Assembly (NCBI GenBank): GCA_905198745.1
Contig: CAJKDU010000007.1
Span: 7,565-71,564 of the forward strand
Length of the DNA stretch: 64,000 nt
DNA from: an uncultured Prevotella sp.
GTDB lineage: Bacteria; Bacteroidota; Bacteroidia; Bacteroidales; Bacteroidaceae
Direction of reading: 5' to 3'
The notes below the pieces were generated by a model that saw only the letters and a list, made by a program, of their open reading frames with translations, made no database searches and was not told where the DNA came from. The position numbers and the translations under genes are program-made. Positions 20,306 through 29,762 of this stretch are shown piece by piece. Numbering within the stretch: the stretch's first letter is position 1; each line of letters starts with the position of its first letter.

Positions 20306-21147
20306 GCTTTCTTCAGCTTATACTTCATCACCGCGTCGAGGAGTGTGATACACGATTCCTCCATTTGGGCGGTGAGATGTTCTATCTTTGACAAAATGTA
20401 GTTGTAGAATACCTGCAGCACGAGTGCCACGATGATGCCGAAGATGGTGGTGATGAGTGCCACCTTCATGCCTGCAGCCACAATAGTGGGGCTGATGTCG
20501 CCCGCCTGCTGTATCTGGTCGAAAGCCATCACCATGCCAATCACCGTGCCGAGGAATCCCAGCGAAGGGGCCATGGCTATGAAAAGCGTTATCCACGAAC
20601 AGCCTTTTTCCAGGTTTGCTGCCTGCACGGACCCGTAGGCGGTGATGGAGCGTTCCACTTCCTCGATGGAGTCGTCCACTCGGGTGAGCCCCTGATAGCA
20701 GATGGAGGCCACGGGACCACGTGTGTCGCGGCAGAGTGCTTTGGCGCCCTCGATGTCGCCTTCGGCTATACGGGCGTCCACGTCTTTCATAAACCGCTTG
20801 GCGTCTATCTCGGAGAGGCTGAGATAGATGATGCGCTCGATGCAGAAAGCCAGTCCGAGCACGAGTGCCAGTGCCACGAGCGACATGAAGCCTGCGTTTC
20901 CCTCAATGAATTTGGTCTTGAGTTCCTTGTGCAGCCCTTCGCTTTCCACGGGCGCCACGGATGTGGAGTCGGCAGCCATCTCGCTGATTAGGTCGTCGTC
21001 TTGTGCTGCGGCTGTGGTGTCGGCTACTGCGGTGGCCACACTGTCGTTGTTGGCTTTCGGTGAAGTCTGTGCCAAGGCGGAAGCTCCGCTTGCACACAGC
21101 ATCAATGTCGTGATTGCCCAAAGGGCAACAAGTCTTTTCATCTTCAT
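20302..21147 (-). CDS. exbB: MotA/TolQ/ExbB proton channel
   Basis: APSLGFLGTVIGM and VALITTIFG motifs, N-terminal signal peptide. Confidence 0.92.
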   Translation of the reverse strand: MKMKRLVALWAITTLMLCASGASALAQTSPKANNDSVATAVADTTAAAQDDDLISEMAADSTSVAPVESEGLHKELKTKFIEGNAGFMSLVALALVLGLAFCIERIIYLSLSEIDAKRFMKDVDARIAEGDIEGAKALCRDTRGPVASICYQGLTRVDDSIEEVERSITAYGSVQAANLEKGCSWITLFIAMAPSLGFLGTVIGMVMAFDQIQQAGDISPTIVAAGMKVALITTIFGIIVALVLQVFYNYILSKIEHLTAQMEESCITLLDAVMKYKLKKA

Positions 21148-21216
21148 ATTGTTTTAAATGTTTTCCGGACGTTTGTGGCAGCTTACTGCCGTTCCCGTCG
21201 CCATGTTTACGGAATG

Positions 21217-21224
21217 CAAAATTA
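21217..21224 (-). promoter_or_regulatory. -7 promoter box (TAATTTTG) for the exbB operon
   Basis: TAnnTTTG about 70 nt upstream of the start. Confidence 0.55.
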
Positions 21225-21350
21225 CAATAAAACCAAGAACCCAACAAATAAAATGGAGAAAATATACGGGCCGTTAAGCTGGCTGCCAGGGCTTGGCAGT
21301 CTGTGACTGGTAGGGGACTCAGACAAGAGAATCGTTTTGCGGGCGTATGA

Positions 21351-21388
21351 AAACAAAAGAAGAGGGAAGCCCGCAGGTTTCCCTCTTC
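21351..21388 (-). terminator. intrinsic terminator of susCD
   Basis: GAAGAGGGAAGCC/GGTTTCCCTCTTC stem followed by a T-rich tract on the minus strand. Confidence 0.7.
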
Positions 21389-21406
21389 CGTGAGTCTGTT
21401 GATACC

Positions 21407-22981
21407 CTATCTGTATTCGCTCAACTTAGGATACTTGGTATAGAGATTCTGGTTCTGCAGTTCTTCGTCTGCCAGGATGCGATAGAGATAGTAGATGCTG
21501 TTTTTCGTGAAAGCCGACCCGTCTGGGAGCTTGAGAGTGTAGTGGCCTTCGCCGATGATGGGATTCTCGGGGTCTTGTGCTACAGGGTCCTTGCTCGTGT
21601 CGTTCTTTGGATACACCGTCACGCCTTCCACGTCGTGTGCTTCACGTTCCACGCTCTTTTGGTTGCGGATGATGTCAGTGAGCGCGAAGCCTTCACCCCA
21701 CAGTTCCTTGCGGCGCTCCATCCAGATGGCTTCGAGCAAGTCGTTGCCGGTGGCTGTCACGGCAGGGGCCGTGGCGCCTGCTTTCATGCGTGCCTGCTGC
21801 AGGTCGTGCAGCAATTCGCGTGCTTCGCCCTCCTTGTTGTTGATGTGGGCAGCGGCTTCTGCCTTGATGAGGTATATTTCGGACGTGCGCATCAGGGCGT
21901 AGTTGGTCAGATCGTTGTCCTCGTCTACCATCTTGAACTTGTCGTTCATCAGACGTATGGTCTGGCCGCCCTGCAGCGTGTAGCCCCACTGCTTGAACAG
22001 GTCGCCGCGGTAGTCGCCTTCGCTAAACTTGGCAGCGAAGTTGGGGTCAACGCAGAGGCTGCCGTAGCCGTTGAGTGAGTTACACTTGAACCAGCCCACC
22101 GTGGCACCGTCGCAATCGTCGAGTGTTGAGGTGTATGCCCACAGCCATTCCTTGTTGTTGTAGTCGTTGAACCCCTCCTTGTATTCGGCTTCGGTCATCA
22201 GATAGCTGTTGCGCTCCAACACCTGCGATGCATACGTGTAGGCATCCTCCCATTGGCGGGCATACAGGCAGGTGCGGGCGAGCAAGCCCAGGGCTGCCGT
22301 ATAGTCAATCTTGTACTGGTCAGCTTGAGCTGAACCGTGCGAGTAGTCCGACGGTATCAGTTCTACCGCTTTTTTCAGGTCGCTGACGGCCTGGGCGTAG
22401 ACTTCCGAAACGCTCGAAGCTGGGTTGCCGCTCAGGGCAGTGCCGAGTGTGGTAGGCTCCGTGTAGACGGGCACGCACACAGCGTTCGGGTCTTTGTCGA
22501 TGGCGAACGAGTAGTGTGAGGCAAGCATCATGTACATGAACCCGCGGGTGGCATAAGCCTGGCCCTTGATGCGGTTCTTGTCTGCCTGAGTGCCCGAAGC
22601 GTTGTCCACATAGGCAATGACGTTGTTGCTGTTGTTGATGGCATCGTAGCACATTGTCCAGCAGAAGCGCACGTGTTGAGCGCGGGCATAGCCTGCCGTG
22701 AGGTTGTAGCCATCGCTGAATCCGTAGCTTTTTGCCTTTACGCAGTCGCTGCCCATGAAGTCGTCGTTGAGCAGGATGGCTCCCAGTCCGACAGACTGTA
22801 TGGTGATGCCATCGTTGAACACGTAGCTCCATGTGCCACGCAGCACGTCGTCTGCGTAAGTTGTGCTCTTGAAAGTGTTGTCGGCGTCGAGCGACGTGGT
22901 GGGTGCGGTGTCAAGATCGCAGGCCGTAAGGGTGACGAGCGCTGTGAAAACCACGCCCATCTTGCTGATATATTTATTCAT
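21407..22981 (-). CDS. SusD/RagB family surface lipoprotein
   Basis: Lipobox LTAC, QAYATRG, MRTSEIYLIKAEA and ERRKELWGEG motifs. Confidence 0.95.
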   Translation of the reverse strand: MNKYISKMGVVFTALVTLTACDLDTAPTTSLDADNTFKSTTYADDVLRGTWSYVFNDGITIQSVGLGAILLNDDFMGSDCVKAKSYGFSDGYNLTAGYARAQHVRFCWTMCYDAINNSNNVIAYVDNASGTQADKNRIKGQAYATRGFMYMMLASHYSFAIDKDPNAVCVPVYTEPTTLGTALSGNPASSVSEVYAQAVSDLKKAVELIPSDYSHGSAQADQYKIDYTAALGLLARTCLYARQWEDAYTYASQVLERNSYLMTEAEYKEGFNDYNNKEWLWAYTSTLDDCDGATVGWFKCNSLNGYGSLCVDPNFAAKFSEGDYRGDLFKQWGYTLQGGQTIRLMNDKFKMVDEDNDLTNYALMRTSEIYLIKAEAAAHINNKEGEARELLHDLQQARMKAGATAPAVTATGNDLLEAIWMERRKELWGEGFALTDIIRNQKSVEREAHDVEGVTVYPKNDTSKDPVAQDPENPIIGEGHYTLKLPDGSAFTKNSIYYLYRILADEELQNQNLYTKYPKLSEYR

Positions 22982-23001
22982 AATCCTTTTCCTTTTTACC
23001 T

Positions 23002-26000
23002 TTAAAGTTTAACATTGATACCGAATGAAATGGTCTTCATGGCCGGATAGCGATACTGCACCATGCCGCTGAGCGGTTGCTCCGGGTCGAGACCTTGCTG
23101 GCTGTGCAGGGTGAAGAGGTTTTCTGCTTGCACGAACACGTTCACGTCTTTCATGTATGCGCTCTTCACCAGCGCCTGCGGCAACTGGTAGTTCAGTGTC
23201 ACGGTCTTCAGGCGCAGGTAGCTGCGGCTTACGAGCCAGCGCGAGGAAGAGCTTGTGAAATAGCTGGTCTGGCTATACACAAGTTTCGGAATGTCGGTGT
23301 AGCGGTTATCTTCTGTCCAGCGGTTGAGCATGTTCTTGCTCAGGGTGTTGCCGTTGCCACCAGCCACGCCTATCATGTTCACGTAGTCGCTGTTGTATAG
23401 CTTGCCGCCCAAGGCGTAGGAGAACTGAGCCGAGAGGGTGAGGCCTTTCCAGCGCACGTCGGTGGAAAAACCTCCGCTCAGCGACGGCAGCGAACTGCCG
23501 CACTTCACTTTGTCTTTCTCCTGGTTCAGGCTGTTGTAGTCTTCTGTCACCTGTTTGTTGCCCTCGTCGTCATAGTAATACCACTGTGGATTGCCGTTGT
23601 CGGGGTTCACTCCAGCCCATTCGTAGAGCCAGAAGTCGTAGAGCGAACCGCCCTTCACCCATTTCTTGCTACTCTGCCACATCACGTCGCTGGGCAGTTC
23701 CTCAATTTTGTTCTTGTAGGTCGTGGCGTTCACGGAGAGTTTCCATGTCCAGTCCTTGGTGCGGATAGGGGTACCGTTGAGGGTGAACTCCCATCCGTAG
23801 TTCTTCAGCTTGCCGATGTTGGCGTCTATACTGCTGTAGCCAGACGAGGGCACGAGACTGCGGGCGAAGAGCAAGTCCTTGGAGGCACGCTCGAAGTACT
23901 CCACTGTTCCCGACAGGCGGTCGCCGAAGAAACTGAAGTCCAAGCCCACATTGGTGTTGAGGTTGGTTTCCCATGTCAGTTCGGGCGTGGCCATGCGCGA
24001 AGCGTGCAGCGCGTTCTCGCCCTGGAACTTGCCGATGCTGTAGAGTGCCTGGTAGGCATAGTAGCCCACATTGTCGTTACCTTGTGCACCATAGCTGGCT
24101 CGAAGTGTGAGATTGTCTACCCACTTCACGGGCTGCATCCACTTCTCGTTCGTGATGCGCCATGAACCGCCGAACGACCAGAAGGTGCCCCAGCGGTTGC
24201 CTGGAGCAAAACGTGACGAACCGTCGGAACGGAGCGAGACACTGGCGAAGTACGTGCGCTTGTAGGAGTATTCGGCGCTGCCGAAGAAACTGAGCAACTT
24301 ATACTGGTCGCTGTTGCCGCCGAAAGACACAAGCGTGGAAGCCACATCGGGTTCGTAGTAGCCTTCGGCAATCACGCCCGAGCGTTGTCCGTTGAAGTTG
24401 GACGTGTTGTATTCGTAGTATTCCTGGCCCGCCATGGCATGCACATTGTGCTTGTCGCAGAAGGTGTGCTCATAGTTAATCACGTTGTTGATGGTGAAAC
24501 CTGTGGTGCGCGTGTTGCCTTTGTAAGACGTACCCACGGGGTTCTTGCCGTAGGTGGGGTTCGAGTAGTCTTGCTGGAACAGGCTGTTGTAGTCCAGATT
24601 GACGGTCATCTTGTAGCTCAGGTCTCTGATGGGGTCTATCTTGATGAAGCCCTGCACGGTGGCTGCGTCGCGGTTGCGCTCATGCTTGTCGTAGAACATG
24701 GAGTGGGCAAGGTTCATGCCTGAATAGCTGTTGGCCCGGTAAGTGCCGTAGTCGGGGATGCGGTTTCCGCTTTCGTCGAGCCGGTAGGCACCCGTGTCGG
24801 GGTCGCGCTCGTAGACGGGATAGAACGACGGCATGTTGCGGGCGAAGAGCACCACGTTGTCCGTACGGGTGTCGTTCTGCTTGGGGTAGCTCTGTGAAGA
24901 GTGAGCTCCCGAAAGGTTCATGCCCACTTGCAGCCAGCTCTTCAGGTTGGATGTTATGTTGGCGCGCACGTTGTAGCGTTTGAAACCGGAGCAGATGTAG
25001 GCTCCCTGGTCGTCGAGATAGCCTAGTGAGAGGTAGTATTTGGAGTTCTTGCTTCCGCCCGACACGCGTGCGCTCAAGTCTGTGTAGTGAGCGTTTTGGG
25101 TCATGGCATCTTCCCAACTGTCGTCCCAAAGAGGAGTGGCACCGCTCACAATCTTGCCGTCCGTGCCCACAGGCTGCGCATACTGCGAACCGTAGGGATT
25201 GATGCCGAGCACTTTGGTCACGTTTCCCGAAGCCTTGGTGGCTGCCTCGGCGGTAGAAAGTCCGTCGTTCAAGTATTTGTTGCGCATGGCTTCCCACTGG
25301 AGCTCGAAATATTCGTTGGTCGTGAGTTGGTCGTAGTCGGCCACGGCACGACTGGAGAAGCCGTATTTGGCGGTCAGCTCAATAGTGGGTGTAGCGCCCT
25401 GTGAACCTTGCTTGGTGGTGATCATGACCACGCCGTTGGCGGCGCGTGAACCATAGAGCGAGGCGGCAGCAGCGTCCTTTAGTACGGTCACCGAGGCAAT
25501 GTCCTGACTGTTGATGTTGGCGAGTTTGCCGTCGTACGGCACACCGTCAACCACGTAGAGAGGGTCTGAACTGGCGTTCACCGAACCCACACCACGGATA
25601 TATACCGAAGCGTCTTCGCCCGGCTGGCCGCTTGTGGCAAACGACTGCAAGCCTGCCACGGTGCCCTGGAGGGCTTTCGACACGCTTGCCACCTGTGAGT
25701 TGGCAATCTTCTCGCCTGTCACCACGCCGGCAGAACCTGTAAAGGTGGATTTCTTGCGGGTGCCGTAGGGCACGGTGATGACCACTTCGTTCAGTTCTTC
25801 CGATGTCTCGGCAAGGGTTACGGTGAGCTGGCTTTTTCCTTTCACGGGCACACTCACGGTGTTGTAGCCCACGGAGGTGAACTGCAATGTGGCGTCTTTG
25901 TCGGCTTCAATGATGAATTTCCCGTCGATTGAAGTCATCGTTGCTACTTTTTGTCCCTGCACCTTCACGGTTACTCCCGGGACAGACTCTCCCTTCGCAT

Positions 26001-26088
26001 CCTTGACAGTTCCGCTTATCTTGATTTTCTGGGCATGTGCGCAGACAACCATAAGCAAAGCTATCAGGACAGAAAACAATCTGTTCAT
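23002..26088 (-). CDS. SusC/RagA family TonB-dependent transporter
   Basis: CarboxypepD-like N-domain, PLYVVDG, VLKDAAAASLYGSRAANGVVMITTK plug motif, LTWET, C-terminal FGINVKL. Confidence 0.97.
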   Translation of the reverse strand: MNRLFSVLIALLMVVCAHAQKIKISGTVKDAKGESVPGVTVKVQGQKVATMTSIDGKFIIEADKDATLQFTSVGYNTVSVPVKGKSQLTVTLAETSEELNEVVITVPYGTRKKSTFTGSAGVVTGEKIANSQVASVSKALQGTVAGLQSFATSGQPGEDASVYIRGVGSVNASSDPLYVVDGVPYDGKLANINSQDIASVTVLKDAAAASLYGSRAANGVVMITTKQGSQGATPTIELTAKYGFSSRAVADYDQLTTNEYFELQWEAMRNKYLNDGLSTAEAATKASGNVTKVLGINPYGSQYAQPVGTDGKIVSGATPLWDDSWEDAMTQNAHYTDLSARVSGGSKNSKYYLSLGYLDDQGAYICSGFKRYNVRANITSNLKSWLQVGMNLSGAHSSQSYPKQNDTRTDNVVLFARNMPSFYPVYERDPDTGAYRLDESGNRIPDYGTYRANSYSGMNLAHSMFYDKHERNRDAATVQGFIKIDPIRDLSYKMTVNLDYNSLFQQDYSNPTYGKNPVGTSYKGNTRTTGFTINNVINYEHTFCDKHNVHAMAGQEYYEYNTSNFNGQRSGVIAEGYYEPDVASTLVSFGGNSDQYKLLSFFGSAEYSYKRTYFASVSLRSDGSSRFAPGNRWGTFWSFGGSWRITNEKWMQPVKWVDNLTLRASYGAQGNDNVGYYAYQALYSIGKFQGENALHASRMATPELTWETNLNTNVGLDFSFFGDRLSGTVEYFERASKDLLFARSLVPSSGYSSIDANIGKLKNYGWEFTLNGTPIRTKDWTWKLSVNATTYKNKIEELPSDVMWQSSKKWVKGGSLYDFWLYEWAGVNPDNGNPQWYYYDDEGNKQVTEDYNSLNQEKDKVKCGSSLPSLSGGFSTDVRWKGLTLSAQFSYALGGKLYNSDYVNMIGVAGGNGNTLSKNMLNRWTEDNRYTDIPKLVYSQTSYFTSSSSRWLVSRSYLRLKTVTLNYQLPQALVKSAYMKDVNVFVQAENLFTLHSQQGLDPEQPLSGMVQYRYPAMKTISFGINVKL

Positions 26089-26246
26089 AACTTTGTCGTA
26101 ATATTAAAACATTAAACTTATTTATTTCTCTCTTTTTAAGTATGCTGCTTTATCAGCTTTTTCTTCGTCTCTCTTATCTAATATCTCTCTTTTATTTCGA
26201 TTGAAATTATAGTCTTCTTTCTTACGATTAATGGTACATTCGAGTA

Positions 26247-26254
26247 CAAAATTA
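26247..26254 (-). promoter_or_regulatory. -7 promoter box (TAATTTTG) for susC
   Basis: TAnnTTTG in the AT-rich region about 160 nt upstream of the start. Confidence 0.45.
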
Positions 26255-26355
26255 GTGATTTGTAGTCGTAATGCAATATATAAAAATGATAATTAGTCTT
26301 TTTTTATGGAAGTTAACAGTTTGTTTTACTTATGATATGTGAATCTTTCTATAGA

Positions 26356-27996
26356 CTATTTGCCAAGTTGCTGACTGCTGAAGGGGTCTTTCACAATGAT
26401 GGTCTTGCCGGTCATGGGATGGCGGAACTGCAGTTCTTCGGCATGGAGCCACAGGCGGTCGGCAGGATGGCCATAGAGGTTGTCGCCCTTGATGGGGCAG
26501 TTGAGGCCCTCGGGGTGGGCACAGTGCATGCGCAACTGGTGGGTGCGCCCCGTGTGGGGATAGAGGGCGATGAGTGTTTCACCGTTCTTTTCATCGACAA
26601 CCCTGTAGCTGGTGATGGCACGCTTTCCGTGGATGGGGTCAACGAGCTGGCGAGGTCGGTCGTCGAGGTCGGGGCGGAGCGGCAGGATGATGGTGCCCTC
26701 GCGTTTCACTTCGGGGGCAAGTGTGCCGCTGAGCACTGCCATGTAGCGCTTCTTGATGTCGCGGTCGAGGAATTCAGCCTGCAACCTTTTGTGCGATTCC
26801 TTGGTCTTGGCGATGACCATCAAGCCTGAAGTGTCCATGTCGAGGCGGTGCACAATGAGCGGTCCTTCGGCTTGGGGCCACATGGCCTGTGCCCATGTGA
26901 GCACACTGCGGCGGCCGTCTTTGCCCGGCACGGAGAGCATGCCGTGAGGTTTCGACACCACGGCGAGCCATTCGTCTTCGTACATCACGCGTGGCTGCAG
27001 GGCGTGCGGGTCGGTAGCGAGCGGATTTGGAGCCACGTCAAGTCCCTGGAGCATGTGCCCAAGCAGGGGCTTGCACTTGCTGCGGCAGGCAGGGTAGAAG
27101 TGGAGATGATGGCGCACCTCGGTCTTGGGCGAGCGTCCCCACCAGAATTCAGCCATGCACAAGGGGCGCATGTGGTGGGCATAGGCCCACTGCAGCAGTT
27201 TCGGAGCGCAACATTCACCTGTGCCCGATGGAGGTGTGGCGTGCATCTCCCGATAGAAAATGTCGCTCACGGTGCGCACTTCTCCCCGTGCGTTGAACAG
27301 CCGGTACTGGTCGAAAATCCACCGTTGCAGATTGTCGGACATCTGTTTACGCTCCTGTTTCAGCCGTGCCGTTTCGCCGTCCATCCTCACGAGTTGCTCC
27401 TCAAGGGCATGGCTTTCGGCTTGTGCTGCCTGTTTCATCCGCTTCAGCTCCGCCTTCATGAATTGGCTTTGTCGGGTCATTTCCTCCCTTTCCTCCTCAC
27501 TGGGCGAGCCTTCCGTGCGCCTTTTGTCGCGCTGCCGTTTGGCCTCGTCCATTTTCCGTCGCCATGCTTCCGTGCGCTTGTCCCATGCTTCACGGCTCTC
27601 CGCCAGTTGCTGGGCGAGCCGTGTTCTTTCGGACGATTGGCTGAGCTGGCTGATGCGGCGGTTGAGTGCGGAGATGCGCTCTTCGCCCTGCTTGAAGTGG
27701 CCGTCGGGCTGCAGCAGGTCGTAGACGGCAGGCACGAAGTAGTCGAGCCGGTTGCTGCCGGCAAGCAAGCCGGAGTAGGCAGCCAGGAAACCGATGGTTC
27801 CGTCGGTGCGCTCCACCACGAGCACGCCGAACATCTTGCCCTGCTGCAGTTCTTCCGCCCATTGTGTCTGGGCGGCGATGTAGCGTTGCAGTTGCCGGCA
27901 AGCCTCGAGGGCGAGCGGATGAGGCTCGTAGCAGAACGGATAAGTGAACTTGTCGGGAAGAGGCAGGCTGGTGTGGAGAGGATGAAATGTAGTCAT
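26356..27996 (-). CDS. long RluA family pseudouridine synthase with N-terminal deaminase-like and helical domains (TrcP-like)
   Basis: C-terminal KPHGMLSVPG, HRLDMDTSG, TGRTHQLRMH and LHAEEL; N-terminal GKMFGVL, coiled coil, GECCAPKLL and PACRSKC; start at ATG 27996. Confidence 0.85.
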   Translation of the reverse strand: MTTFHPLHTSLPLPDKFTYPFCYEPHPLALEACRQLQRYIAAQTQWAEELQQGKMFGVLVVERTDGTIGFLAAYSGLLAGSNRLDYFVPAVYDLLQPDGHFKQGEERISALNRRISQLSQSSERTRLAQQLAESREAWDKRTEAWRRKMDEAKRQRDKRRTEGSPSEEEREEMTRQSQFMKAELKRMKQAAQAESHALEEQLVRMDGETARLKQERKQMSDNLQRWIFDQYRLFNARGEVRTVSDIFYREMHATPPSGTGECCAPKLLQWAYAHHMRPLCMAEFWWGRSPKTEVRHHLHFYPACRSKCKPLLGHMLQGLDVAPNPLATDPHALQPRVMYEDEWLAVVSKPHGMLSVPGKDGRRSVLTWAQAMWPQAEGPLIVHRLDMDTSGLMVIAKTKESHKRLQAEFLDRDIKKRYMAVLSGTLAPEVKREGTIILPLRPDLDDRPRQLVDPIHGKRAITSYRVVDEKNGETLIALYPHTGRTHQLRMHCAHPEGLNCPIKGDNLYGHPADRLWLHAEELQFRHPMTGKTIIVKDPFSSQQLGK

Positions 27997-28155
27997 GCGT
28001 GCAAAGTTACTCTTTTTCTTTCTATTGCAAAGGGGTTTAAGGTCAATAATATTTGGTTGTTGTTCAATTCCCTTAATCAAAAGATATAAAATATTAAAAT
28101 GTTTTGCAGATAAGTTGCAAAGCGGTAAATTTGTTGCTCAATTAAAACTGATAAT

Positions 28156-29031
28156 ATGGGAAATCTAACACAACTGCCCGTCACCTGCAAGGAAGTGACT
28201 ATGGACAGCTCGGATCAGGAAACTGTCAGGAAAACATTGCCCCGCCATGATTGGGGCACGATGTCCATCTATCTGTGTGACGCAGGGCAGATGAGAGTGA
28301 ATGTAAACGACCAAGAGATTGTTATCGGGAAGGGCGACATGTTGTTCGTCAACGCATTCATGTATTTGCACATAGTTGATATAAGCAGTGACTTTCATGG
28401 CCACGTCATGACCGCCAAGTCATCGCTCATGTTCCCCATCGTGAAGGAAATTCTCGATGTAAATACGCAATTGTTTTATCGTGAGCACCCGTTGGTGCAT
28501 CTCGAAGCCTACCGTTTCGGCGAGATGGCGAGCATTGCCTCTCACCTCGAACGTCGCATAGCCTATGAGCAGTCGTCAAACCTCACGGGGCCCAAAGCGC
28601 TTGTGGCGCACGAATTCGTGATGCTAATGTTTCGCGGGCTTGTGCTCAAGATGCTCGACGTGTGTCTGGAAAAGGCGGCTCCCACCAAGAGCTACAACGA
28701 CCGCACGGACGCATTCGTCTATCAGTTCCTCGTGGAGGTGTTCAACAACTACCGCGAGCACCGCGAGGTGATGTTTTATGCCGAGCAGATGTGTGTTTCG
28801 CCAAGCTACCTTTCTACGGTGGTGAAGCAGAAAACCGGCAAGCCGGCATTGCAGTGGATCATCGACCTCGTGATCAACGAGGCCAAGCAGGAACTGAAAT
28901 ACTCCAGCCGGTCTATCAAGGAGATTTCCGTGAACCTGAGTTTCAGCACCCAGTCGTTCTTCGGCAAATACTTTAAGAAGTACACGGGCATATCGCCAAA
29001 GGTCTATCGTGAACAGTGCAAGGCTGTTTGA
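28156..29031 (+). CDS. AraC family transcriptional regulator
   Basis: C-terminal FYAEQMCVSPSYLS...IKEIS...FFGKYFKKYTGISP double HTH. Confidence 0.93.
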   Translation: MGNLTQLPVTCKEVTMDSSDQETVRKTLPRHDWGTMSIYLCDAGQMRVNVNDQEIVIGKGDMLFVNAFMYLHIVDISSDFHGHVMTAKSSLMFPIVKEILDVNTQLFYREHPLVHLEAYRFGEMASIASHLERRIAYEQSSNLTGPKALVAHEFVMLMFRGLVLKMLDVCLEKAAPTKSYNDRTDAFVYQFLVEVFNNYREHREVMFYAEQMCVSPSYLSTVVKQKTGKPALQWIIDLVINEAKQELKYSSRSIKEISVNLSFSTQSFFGKYFKKYTGISPKVYREQCKAV

Positions 29032-29058
29032 GGATGAGGCTTTGTGGCAACAGTATAT

Positions 29059-29095
29059 AGGGGAAGTGGCTCTTCGGAGGCTACTTCCCCTTTTT
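29059..29095 (+). terminator. intrinsic terminator after the AraC gene
   Basis: AGGGGAAGTGGC...cTTCGg...GCTACTTCCCCT stem plus T-tract. Confidence 0.75.
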
Positions 29096-29281
29096 CTTGC
29101 ATGGGTGGCATGGTTGCATGAAAGTGGGGTGGCGTGCCCGGTTGGGGCAAGAAATCTTGAGGTGAAAACTGCGGAGGGAAGTGTCGGAATGGTCAAACGA
29201 CACGGCCGGCATGGATTCAATACCGATGGACAGGAGGGTGAAAGGGAAACTTGGACGAGTCGTCCACGCAGTGGAATAAGT

Positions 29282-29603
29282 GTAACTCGGCAGTCAACGG
29301 GGCGTTAACCAGCCACTAACGGAACGTTGGAGGCTTACTTTCATTGGGCTCCACTGCTTGGGCATTCATTGCCACGGCCGTGGGCAACGAGTGCCCAAAC
29401 TGCGTGAATGATTTGGGGCATTCCACTTGAACTTGGCAAACGAAGCGTCAGTGATAGATGTGATGGATGTTAACCTATCTATCACGCATCTATCACTCTA
29501 TCTAACTTCTTTATATTTAGCTTGATAATGTCAGAATTCGAGAAAAGTGATGGATGGTGGCGAAAAAACGAAAAACTTTTCCTGCGCGCGTGCGCGCGTG
29601 AAG
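29282..29603 (+). repeat. modular intergenic repeat, full copy (about 320 bp)
   Basis: Three 22-bp units, hairpin 29358-29398, GTGATAGATG/ATCTATCAC repeats, GAAAAACTTTTCCTGCGCGCGTGCGCGCGTGAAG end. Confidence 0.9.
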
Positions 29604-29762
29604 TTCGGTCGTCACACAAGGTTCTGAAGGATAAAGAATGGCAAATGCGGGGCTTCCCCTTCGTGTGCTCGACAAGAAGAATCTGCCGAGTAAATATGAA
29701 AGCAGAGATAAATGCCTTTGATTGGCATTTATCTCTGCTTGGTTCAGTTCTATTGCTTGGCT

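Noticed and set aside
21273..21311. Possible additional degenerate 22-bp array
   Set aside because: Similarity to the unit consensus is too weak to call as a feature
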